DNA of 57,337 nt. Origin: a virus (Duplodnaviria > Caudoviricetes). The notes under the pieces were generated by a model. It was given only the letters and a program-made list of their open reading frames with translations. It searched no databases and had not been told where the DNA came from. Location of the stretch: positions 1-57,337 of IMG/VR virus record IMGVR_UViG_3300042402_000779; one strand, given 5' to 3'. Each line of letters opens with the position of its first letter. Within the stretch, counting starts at the first letter, position 1. Both the position numbers and the translations under genes were made by a program. Below are positions 48,248-56,527 of the stretch, piece by piece.

Positions 48248-48258
48248 AACAAGAATTT

Positions 48259-48519
48259 ATGAATAGAAAAAACGACAATTTTAAAAAGAAGAAAAAGGGC
48301 CGTAAGGATGATATGTTCATGTACGGAAACGCCCTTGGTGTGAAAGTAGTGGATGGTAACTTGGAAGCTGCCATTCGGTTATTAAAACGAACTGTTAAAG
48401 ATAGTGGTATGATGGATATCTTACGAGATAAGAAAGAATACACTAAACCAACAACACTTCGTAGAAAACAAAAAGAAGATGCTCAACGCAGAGAGTATAT
48501 TCGAAGAATAAACGAATAA
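48259..48519 (+). CDS. rpsU: phage-encoded ribosomal protein bS21
   Basis: VKVVDGNLEAAIRLLKR...G...LR....YTKPT..RR matches the bS21 pattern; position in the head cluster is typical of phage bS21 genes. Confidence 0.85.
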   Translation: MNRKNDNFKKKKKGRKDDMFMYGNALGVKVVDGNLEAAIRLLKRTVKDSGMMDILRDKKEYTKPTTLRRKQKEDAQRREYIRRINE

Positions 48520-48557
48520 TAATGGTAAACACTTTATCGTTTCAGAAAAAGTAACCC

Positions 48558-48564
48558 TATTTAT
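48558..48564 (+). promoter_or_regulatory. candidate late promoter TATTTAT for the scaffold-capsid operon
   Basis: Intergenic; followed by a structured ~105-nt leader. Confidence 0.6.
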
Positions 48565-48573
48565 TTTAAAAAT

Positions 48574-48639
48574 ATCACTCCCCAATGAGTGATTACTATT
48601 ATTTGAAAAAATATTCAATTAAGATTCTCAATAATCTTA
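48574..48639 (+). promoter_or_regulatory. three-hairpin structured 5' leader
   Basis: ATCACTC-CCCAAT-GAGTGAT, TTGAA-AAAATA-TTCAA and TAAGATT-CTCAAT-AATCTTA. Confidence 0.55.
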
Positions 48640-48672
48640 TTATCCAAAAAGCTTAATTTAGGAGAAAAACAA

Positions 48673-49644
48673 ATGAAATCAGATTTGTTAAAAGAAGCTA
48701 TCGCTGATGCCAAAGCCGTTAAGGAAACTGCATTAGCTAACGCTAAAATGGCTCTTGAAGAAGCATTTACTCCAAAACTACAATCTATGTTGTCTCATAA
48801 GATTGCTGAAGAGTTGGAAGAGGAAGACGAAGAAGAAGTTGCTGACGAAATGGACGCTGCTGCTACTATGGACGAACCTGCTGAAGACGAAATGGCTACT
48901 GAAGAAGACGAAATGGGTGTTGAAGAAGAAGAGGAAATGTATTCTGAAGAGGGTGAAGAAGACATGACAATGGACATGGATTCTGAAGAAGATGGTGAAG
49001 AGTACGATGTTACTGGCGACGAGGAAGAAGAGACTGAAGAAGACGATTTAGACCTCGAAGCTGTAATCAGAGAACTTGAAGACGCTATGGCCGGTGAAGA
49101 AGAAGTTTCTGAAGAAGATGAAATGGGTGAAGAACCTGTTGCTGAAGAAGAAATGGAAGACGAGCCCGTTGCTGAGGAAGAAGAACTTGATATCAATGAA
49201 ATTATCAGAGCCTTGAAAGAAATGGATGGCGAAGAAGAGACTGTTGAAGAAGAGGAAACTCAAGAATCATGGAACGAGGAAAAAGAAGAAGAATTGGCTG
49301 AAGCTTACAACGTTATCACTTCTTTGAAGAAAACCATTAACGAGGTGAATCTTTTGAACGCTAAATTGTTATACACTAACAAATTGTTCAGAACATTCGA
49401 CTTGAACGAAAATCAAAAGATGAAAGTTATCGAGAACTTCGATAGAGCTGCATCTTTGAGAGAAGTTAAATTAGTTTACGCTACATTGGGTGAAAACTTA
49501 AATGTTGCAAGAAAAAACAAAACTGTTGTAAAAGAATCACTTGCTTCTAAACCTATGAAGTCATCTGCTCCTAAAAAAGAAATTCTTTCTGAAGGTGCTG
49601 CTGTTGCTGAAAGATTTAAGAAGTTAGCTGGTTTAAACAAATAA
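48673..49644 (+). CDS. prohead scaffold protein (T4 gp22-like role)
   Basis: Extremely acidic coiled-coil protein directly upstream of the capsid gene; ends in RFKKLAGL. Confidence 0.75.
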   Translation: MKSDLLKEAIADAKAVKETALANAKMALEEAFTPKLQSMLSHKIAEELEEEDEEEVADEMDAAATMDEPAEDEMATEEDEMGVEEEEEMYSEEGEEDMTMDMDSEEDGEEYDVTGDEEEETEEDDLDLEAVIRELEDAMAGEEEVSEEDEMGEEPVAEEEMEDEPVAEEEELDINEIIRALKEMDGEEETVEEEETQESWNEEKEEELAEAYNVITSLKKTINEVNLLNAKLLYTNKLFRTFDLNENQKMKVIENFDRAASLREVKLVYATLGENLNVARKNKTVVKESLASKPMKSSAPKKEILSEGAAVAERFKKLAGLNK

Positions 49645-49675
49645 TTTAAAACCAAAAGAAAAAAGGAAAAATAAG

Positions 49676-51310
49676 ATGAAAATCAATAACATTTTGAATG
49701 AATCTGCTGGTTTCAACAAAAGAATGACCGAAGAGACTAAAGGTATCGTAGCTAAATGGGCTAAGACCGGTCTTTTGGAAGGTATCAAGTCTGACTTCGA
49801 AAGAAGTGGCATGGCTACTTTGTTGGAAAACCAAGCAAAACAATTGGTATCTGAAGCTTCAAGCACAGGTACTTCTGCTAACTCTGAAGAATGGGCTGGT
49901 GTAGCTCTTCCTTTAGTAAGACGTATTTTCTCTGAAATCGCTGCTAAAGAATTCGTTAGTGTACAACCTATGAACTTACCATCAGGTCTTGTATTCTATT
50001 TGGATTTCAAATATGGTACAGGTCAACCTGGTTTCACTACCGGTTCTGGTAAAGATTCACAAGCTGACTCTGTATTCGGTATCACCGAAACTGGTTCTGC
50101 TGCTGTTGGTGGTCTTTATGGTGCTGGTCGTTTCGGTTACACTATCAACGAAGCTAGTGCACAACTGAATAAAGCTGCTAACTTGACTACTGCTGCTAAC
50201 TTTATCACTGGTTCTGTAACTGATGCTGATATTGATTACGATACAGCGTTTTCTCAATCAGTATTGGTTGGCGCAACTGGTGTCATCAAGGTACAATATT
50301 CAGCATCTCGTGACTTGACTGATGTTGACCTTGAAGGTGTACGTGCGTTCCAACTTTACTCAACTTCATCTGCTATTGTTAACTACCCACAATTCACTAA
50401 AGTGAATGCTCAAGGTTTGGTAACAACTATCGTTAAAGTTGCTGACCCATTATCAATCAATGGTGTTAAATACCAAAAACAACCGACTGACATCACTCGT
50501 GGTGACTTCGAACAAACCACTTCAGGTTTCGCTGCAAACCCTGAAACTGACCTTGGTATTCCTGAATTAAACGTTGAGCTTCGTTCAGTTCCTATCGTTG
50601 CTAAGACTCGTAAGTTGAAAGCACAATGGACTCCTGAATTTGCTCAAGACTTGAACGCTTACCACTCAATTGACGCTGAAGCTGAATTGACTTCAATGTT
50701 GTCTGAATATGTATCTCAAGAAATCGATTTCGAAATCTTGGATATGTTGATGCAGAACGCATTGACTACAGGTTACTGGTCAGCTAAAGTTGGTTACGAG
50801 TGGAATGGTTCAGGTTTCGCACAATCAGCTGCTAACTACACTGCTTACATTCAAGGTACTTGGTTCGCTACATTGGGTACTGTACTTCAGAGAGTTTCTA
50901 ACCAAATCCATGCTAAAACCATGAGAGGTGGAGCTAACTTTATGGTAGTATCTCCTGATGTTGCTACAATCCTTGAGTCTATCCCAGGATATGCTGCTAA
51001 TGGAACTGGTGCTGAAATGTCATTCGCTATGGGTGTATCACAAGTAGGTTCGTTCGCTAACCGCTACACTGTGTACAAAAACCCTTACATGACTACTAAC
51101 CAAATCTTGTTAGGTTTCAAAGGTGCTCAATTCTTGGAAACTGGTGCTGTATACGCTCCTTACATTCCATTAATCATGACTCCTTTGGTGTATGACCCGA
51201 AAAACTTCCAACCTCGTAAGGGTGTTATGACTCGTTACGCGAAGGAAATGATTCGTGGTGAGTTCTATGGTAAGGTATACGTTCATGGTCTTGAGACTTT
51301 GGGCGCCTAA
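49676..51310 (+). CDS. major capsid protein (T4 gp23-like)
   Basis: LLENQ, LPLVRR, VQPMNLPSGLVF, AKTRKLKAQWTPEFAQDLNAYH, YAPYIPL, GVMTRY. Confidence 0.96.
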   Translation: MKINNILNESAGFNKRMTEETKGIVAKWAKTGLLEGIKSDFERSGMATLLENQAKQLVSEASSTGTSANSEEWAGVALPLVRRIFSEIAAKEFVSVQPMNLPSGLVFYLDFKYGTGQPGFTTGSGKDSQADSVFGITETGSAAVGGLYGAGRFGYTINEASAQLNKAANLTTAANFITGSVTDADIDYDTAFSQSVLVGATGVIKVQYSASRDLTDVDLEGVRAFQLYSTSSAIVNYPQFTKVNAQGLVTTIVKVADPLSINGVKYQKQPTDITRGDFEQTTSGFAANPETDLGIPELNVELRSVPIVAKTRKLKAQWTPEFAQDLNAYHSIDAEAELTSMLSEYVSQEIDFEILDMLMQNALTTGYWSAKVGYEWNGSGFAQSAANYTAYIQGTWFATLGTVLQRVSNQIHAKTMRGGANFMVVSPDVATILESIPGYAANGTGAEMSFAMGVSQVGSFANRYTVYKNPYMTTNQILLGFKGAQFLETGAVYAPYIPLIMTPLVYDPKNFQPRKGVMTRYAKEMIRGEFYGKVYVHGLETLGA

Positions 51311-51335
51311 TCATTAGGATAACTGATTTTTGAAG

Positions 51336-51366
51336 AAGGGGGTCGATTTCGACCCCCTTTTTTATT
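51336..51366 (+). terminator. intrinsic terminator after the capsid gene
   Basis: AAGGGGGTCG-ATTT-CGACCCCCTT followed by a T-run. Confidence 0.9.
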
Positions 51367-51376
51367 GCCATAGGGA

Positions 51377-51383
51377 TATTTAT
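51377..51383 (+). promoter_or_regulatory. candidate late promoter TATTTAT upstream of phoH
   Basis: Immediately downstream of the capsid terminator. Confidence 0.6.
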
Positions 51384-51409
51384 TCTTATAAAAGAAGGTT
51401 TACGAAAAT

Positions 51410-52081
51410 ATGGAGAACAATATGCCCGACAATATTCAAAAAAGAGTTCCGAAAAATGATATTAAGTTTTCGATAACCTTATCTGACGAACAGAAAGCTG
51501 CAAAAGCACAAATAATCGAGACTCCGTTTAATTTTATTATTGGTAAAGCCGGTAGTGGTAAGACGTTGCTCGCCTGTCAGATTGCATTGGATTTATTTTT
51601 TAAGAGACAAGTTAATAAAATCATAATGACACGACCCACTGTATCAAATGAGGACAATGGGTTTCTTCCTGGTTCATTGGAAGAGAAATTAGAACCATGG
51701 TTAGTTCCAATTCGTGATAATATGAGAAAAGTTTACAACAAACCTGATATTTTAGAAAGAATGGAAAAGGATGGTAACCTTGAGTTGGTTTCATTGACCC
51801 ATTTTAGGGGTAGAACGTTTGATAACGCTGTGTGTATTGTTGATGAGTTTCAAAATTTAACAAAACAACAACTTCAGATGGTATTGGCTCGACTTGGTAA
51901 AGGTTCTACCATGATTTTATGTGGTGATTCCCAACAAATCGACTTAAAATATCAAAATGATTCCGCAATCCATGAAGTTCCTAAACTAAAGGGAAGTAAA
52001 TACGCTTATACTGTTGTTCTTAAAGATAATCACCGACATGAAGCGTTAGATGACATATTAATGTTATTGGCTTCATTTTAA
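51410..52081 (+). CDS. phoH: PhoH-family ATPase
   Basis: GKAGSGKT, TRPTV, GFLPG, FRGRTF, IVDEFQN, RLG, GDSQQID, HRH; the start may be ATG 51422 (GGAG at 51412-51415). Confidence 0.93.
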   Translation: MENNMPDNIQKRVPKNDIKFSITLSDEQKAAKAQIIETPFNFIIGKAGSGKTLLACQIALDLFFKRQVNKIIMTRPTVSNEDNGFLPGSLEEKLEPWLVPIRDNMRKVYNKPDILERMEKDGNLELVSLTHFRGRTFDNAVCIVDEFQNLTKQQLQMVLARLGKGSTMILCGDSQQIDLKYQNDSAIHEVPKLKGSKYAYTVVLKDNHRHEALDDILMLLASF

Positions 52082-52104
52082 AATCAGTTCCGTATAAATC
52101 TTAC

Positions 52105-52111
52105 TATTTAT
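52105..52111 (+). promoter_or_regulatory. candidate late promoter TATTTAT
   Basis: Intergenic, upstream of SD GAGGA and ATG 52149. Confidence 0.55.
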
Positions 52112-52148
52112 TTAGAGATAGTAATACAAATTATATGAGGAAAACATA

Positions 52149-55100
52149 ATGCCGGATTACAGCGGTTCTTTTAGCGGCTCTTTTCAAGGGACAATTAGTG
52201 GTTCACTACTTGGTAGCGGTATATTATCATCGTCTACTCAAATAGATTTTACATCTATCCCAAATAAACCTGCGCAAAATCAGTACATAACTCCGTTTCA
52301 ATCAAATCAGATACGAGCTTTAACTGAATTTAAACAAGGTAGTGTTTTAACGCCGGGAACATTCCCATACTTCTCTGCCTCAATGCAAGATAGAGTTGTA
52401 TCTGTATCTCAAAACGTAACAACACTTTCAAGTTCAATATTAACGACTGTATCTAATTTATCAAGCTCTATAGCTTCAAGAATGACTGCTATTGAACTTG
52501 ATGTTGATGTCACAGGTTCAGATGCACAAAATCTATCATTTAATTCATCAACATATGCGCTTAGTATATCAAATGGTAATTCGGTAGATTTATCAAGTTT
52601 AGCTGGTGGTGGTAGTGGTGGTTCTGGATTAGCAATCACCGCATCATATACGGGTAGTGTTTTATCACAAAATATTAGAAGTATTGATTTTACTGGTAGC
52701 GGTGTTAGTGTTACAAACGTTGGTAACGCAATAACTGTTTTAGTAACTAGAGCTGATAGTGTATCTAATGCAGCAACCGCTTCTTACATTAGTCCAACGT
52801 TTATATCCGCTTCGGTTGCTGCTGCTGGGTTTGGTGGTGGTTCTGATGCTGCTTTATCTCAATCTACAAACCCATTAACAACTTTCGATGGAAATCGTGT
52901 TGTTTCTAATACAAGTTTGCCTGCTGGTATTTATAATACTAATTTTGGTACAAGTGGGTCACTTGCTAATTTTATTGAAAAAGTATTTTTCCCAAATAGT
53001 GTTCCTGTAATTACAACTACCGGATTTACAATTCAAGAATTTGAAGCAAGCGGTTCGGTTGTGGGTACAGTATCTGCTACTGATGCTGAAGCTCAATCTA
53101 TAACATTTAGAACATCAAGTTTATATACTGCTAATTATTTTAGAATATCATCCGCTGGTCAAATTACATTAAATACAAAATCGACATCATCAATGAACAC
53201 GGATTCAACTCCAGGTTCAGGTTCTCATCCATTTTTAGTTGAGGCCGTTGATACATTTAATGGAGTCGGTTCTCAAACAATTTATATTCGTGTTAACCCA
53301 AATACGGCTCCGGTTTGGAGACAAACCTCAACCAATGGTAGTATTATTACCAGTTATACCGCATCGCTCAACGAAAATTCAGCACCTGGTACTAAATTTA
53401 CTGTTTATTTTACTGATGCTGAAAATGATACAATTACTATAAACGCATCATCAATACCATCAGCGTTCTCCGCTACAATTAATCCTACGAACGTTGTAAT
53501 TAGTCAAGTAACCGCTTCGTTGGATTATGAGGCAACTTCAAGTTATTCTTTCACCATGACAGTGCAAGACCAACACTATACAAGTGGTGATGATACTACG
53601 TCAATTACATCTCTACCGGTATTGATTCAAGTTACCGATAACATAAGTCCAATAGTTAATAATCAGACTTTAACTGCTATAAATGAAAACTCATCAAATG
53701 GTACTACTGTTGGTTCTATAACTGCTACTGATTCTGAAGGTGACACAATTGTATTTAGTAATTTTACATTATTATCAGCTTACCTGAATTCCGTTGGAAC
53801 AAACGTAACATCATCATTAGGTGGTACTTCATTATATGACCCACACGCTGACCCATTCCAATGTTCATCGGGTGGAACTGTAACTCGTAAAAATGGTGTG
53901 TATTTAAATTCAGATGTTGCTGATAGATATGTTTACTTGGTAACTATTAGTGATGCCTATAACACTACAACCGATACTGCCGAAATAACAATACCAATTG
54001 ACGCTGATGCTTCTTCAACTATTGGTTCTGATACACAAACATATTATATTGTAGAATCTGCTGTATCTGGTGCTGATTTAACTACAAATACAAATGGATA
54101 TACCGCAGGTAGTGTTACATTTTCGTCAGCAGTATCTCAAATGTGGAAAGTAAATAGTGTTCCTGCTGGATATGTTAGATTTACTAACGGAACTACTCAA
54201 TATACAGGTTCCACCTCACTTGGTCTTGAACTTGCTAATAATATAAGTGGTTCTATATACACATCGGGCTCTACCTTACAAATACAAATTACCGCATCTG
54301 AAACTTCATTTGAAACTACAAAACAATATAGAACTCATACATTAAAAGTGACTCCAAATTTGGCATATGGTGTTACATTTAGTACGGCATCATATAGTTC
54401 AAACTGGAATACAAACGGAGCTAGACCAAGTAACTATTTGGCCGTAATATCATTTGGGGAATATCAAGTAGGAATTGGTGACACTGTAAACCATTCAACT
54501 TTCCAATTAGTATCATCTTCTGCCGGATTTAGTAGACTTCAAAGTGGTGATAACTATTATATTTACGCCAACTCAAATATTTCAGCTGGAACTTACACGT
54601 TTAGTGCTAGTATTGCCGATAGTTTCGGTAAAATTGGTAGTAGTTCCGCTACATTCACAGTAGCACAAGCATCGACTGGCTCTCTTACTACAAACGGAAC
54701 ATTCTATGTAATTGAAACTGCTAGGAGTGGTGCTTTTATTTATACAAGTACAAATGGTAGAACTGGTACTCAAGGTGATTTGGGTGTTACTTACTCACCA
54801 CAATACAATTCGGCCGCAGTTGCTTCATTTACATCATCAAACGCACTTGTTAGTGTAACAACTGCTGGTGCTTTGTCGATAGGACAAAATGTGAGTGGGT
54901 CGTATACTTCGGGCCAAACTTTTACATCAACTATAACTTTCCGTGACCAATACAATAATATTGGTAGTGGTAGTATTACAATTAACGTTGCTCCGAATAG
55001 TGTACCAACTGCATCATTTACTCCAATAGCTGCAAACTTAACCGCTTCGATATCAGCAAATACCGGCCTTATAAGTGCAAGTATAAGTGATATGGAAACT

Positions 55101-55859
55101 GATACTCCATTCTCTATGTCATTGGGTGGAACGAATGCTGCTGATTTGTATTTAGTACCACAAAACGCAAATTCATCATCATATGTTATAAAGAATGTAT
55201 CTACAATATCAACCGGACAAACATTGACATACGATGCTACAATTAAAGATGTTCATGGAAAAACACGAACATACTCATCAAACACGATAACTATCGCAGA
55301 CCCCGTTGCTCTTGTTTATGCTTATGGTTGGAGTGGTGGTTCTGCCGCAAGTGAAGCTACGGCTATTGCATCTTTAGGTGATAATGGGGCTGATGGTATT
55401 GCTATTGATAGTGGTTCGGTAATTGCTATGTTCCAAAGTGGTTCGTTGGGTAGTACGTTTACACCATCATATATTGGTGGCGCTTGTACCCTATATAAGA
55501 GTTCATCATTGACAAACCTGTCAGATACATCTGCTACCGGATTGTCAACACTTGGATACTTGAACTTTAGTTCGACCTCACAGCGAGTTTTAATATTATT
55601 TGCTTCAGCTTCTAATTTAGGTGGTAAGCCGGCTTCTATGTATGATAGTGCTCCGCCTGACCCAACGGGAACTCCAAACGAATACTATGTATATGCTAAA
55701 GATGCTGCTATTCCTGGAACAATGGGTACTGGTATTTACTATTTTAACTTACAAACACCACATCAAGGTTACTCTCGTTGGGGAATGATTTTCGGTGAAG
55801 GTAAAAACAATAACAACACAAGATACTATTTGATGCCAGATTCGGCATCTGCACCATAA
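52149..55859 (+). CDS. virion surface protein with cadherin-like repeats
   Basis: IQE..SGSVVGTVSATDAE, LNENS..TDAEND..LDYE..TVQD and INENS..GSITATDSEGD motifs; N-terminal SGSFSGSFQG. Confidence 0.75.
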   Translation: MPDYSGSFSGSFQGTISGSLLGSGILSSSTQIDFTSIPNKPAQNQYITPFQSNQIRALTEFKQGSVLTPGTFPYFSASMQDRVVSVSQNVTTLSSSILTTVSNLSSSIASRMTAIELDVDVTGSDAQNLSFNSSTYALSISNGNSVDLSSLAGGGSGGSGLAITASYTGSVLSQNIRSIDFTGSGVSVTNVGNAITVLVTRADSVSNAATASYISPTFISASVAAAGFGGGSDAALSQSTNPLTTFDGNRVVSNTSLPAGIYNTNFGTSGSLANFIEKVFFPNSVPVITTTGFTIQEFEASGSVVGTVSATDAEAQSITFRTSSLYTANYFRISSAGQITLNTKSTSSMNTDSTPGSGSHPFLVEAVDTFNGVGSQTIYIRVNPNTAPVWRQTSTNGSIITSYTASLNENSAPGTKFTVYFTDAENDTITINASSIPSAFSATINPTNVVISQVTASLDYEATSSYSFTMTVQDQHYTSGDDTTSITSLPVLIQVTDNISPIVNNQTLTAINENSSNGTTVGSITATDSEGDTIVFSNFTLLSAYLNSVGTNVTSSLGGTSLYDPHADPFQCSSGGTVTRKNGVYLNSDVADRYVYLVTISDAYNTTTDTAEITIPIDADASSTIGSDTQTYYIVESAVSGADLTTNTNGYTAGSVTFSSAVSQMWKVNSVPAGYVRFTNGTTQYTGSTSLGLELANNISGSIYTSGSTLQIQITASETSFETTKQYRTHTLKVTPNLAYGVTFSTASYSSNWNTNGARPSNYLAVISFGEYQVGIGDTVNHSTFQLVSSSAGFSRLQSGDNYYIYANSNISAGTYTFSASIADSFGKIGSSSATFTVAQASTGSLTTNGTFYVIETARSGAFIYTSTNGRTGTQGDLGVTYSPQYNSAAVASFTSSNALVSVTTAGALSIGQNVSGSYTSGQTFTSTITFRDQYNNIGSGSITINVAPNSVPTASFTPIAANLTASISANTGLISASISDMETDTPFSMSLGGTNAADLYLVPQNANSSSYVIKNVSTISTGQTLTYDATIKDVHGKTRTYSSNTITIADPVALVYAYGWSGGSAASEATAIASLGDNGADGIAIDSGSVIAMFQSGSLGSTFTPSYIGGACTLYKSSSLTNLSDTSATGLSTLGYLNFSSTSQRVLILFASASNLGGKPASMYDSAPPDPTGTPNEYYVYAKDAAIPGTMGTGIYYFNLQTPHQGYSRWGMIFGEGKNNNNTRYYLMPDSASAP

Positions 55860-55873
55860 GGAGACAATATAGA

Positions 55874-56464
55874 ATGGCAACTACAGTAGGCGATATTTAT
55901 ATTAGAGGTGGGCTATCCGGTTCATTCACCGATATTAGTTATGTACAAGGTGGTTGGATTACTGTTGCGTCATCCTCTACCATGTACTCCCTATACCATG
56001 ACCGATTAAAAGATGGTCAAATTATATACATTCAGAATTCGGATTCATTATATAAGGTAACAAAGTATATTGCATTTGAAACCCCTGGATATGGTGGACT
56101 TATTGATTCTGCTTCGTTTACATCATTTACCTTTCCAGGTGGTGCTGTGGCTGGAACTATATCAAGTTCTGCTCAAATTGCATCTGATATAAGTGGTGCT
56201 TTTGTATCTTTATCATCATCAATTGCTTCAAGATTTGATACACTTGGTGGTGTTGGTGGTATATTTGCATTAACAGGTTCATTCTATTCAACAACAAACA
56301 ACATTCAAATAACAGGTTCACTGTCAGTATCAAGTGGGTCTTTCGAAGGATTTAAAGTTGACAATGTTGGTAGAACAATTATAGGTGATAGTTCAAACTT
56401 GAATTTACAACCAATTGAAGGTGGAATATTATATTCTTCATCATTGTTTTATTTAGGAATGTAA
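55874..56464 (+). CDS. Ser/Gly-rich virion protein
   Basis: SD TAAGGAG; composition and motifs shared with neighbouring fibre genes. Confidence 0.6.
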   Translation: MATTVGDIYIRGGLSGSFTDISYVQGGWITVASSSTMYSLYHDRLKDGQIIYIQNSDSLYKVTKYIAFETPGYGGLIDSASFTSFTFPGGAVAGTISSSAQIASDISGAFVSLSSSIASRFDTLGGVGGIFALTGSFYSTTNNIQITGSLSVSSGSFEGFKVDNVGRTIIGDSSNLNLQPIEGGILYSSSLFYLGM

Positions 56465-56471
56465 TATTTAT
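56465..56471 (+). promoter_or_regulatory. candidate late promoter TATTTAT
   Basis: Directly after the stop codon, upstream of ORF 56528. Confidence 0.55.
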
Positions 56472-56527
56472 TCTTGTATACAAAACACATATGTCAATTT
56501 TAATCGATTAAAATAGGAGAAATTTAA

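Noticed and set aside
48795-49196. Ser-rich minus-strand ORF
   Set aside because: It is the antisense read of the GAA-rich acidic scaffold gene.
39372-51310. Introns or inteins in terminase, portal or capsid genes
   Set aside because: The frames are continuous, the lengths are ordinary, and no intein or homing-endonuclease motifs were seen.
934-54773. Numerous minus-strand and nested plus-strand ORFs of 60-156 aa in the ORF track
   Set aside because: They lie within or across well-supported + strand genes, show no recognisable motifs, and look like shadow ORFs.
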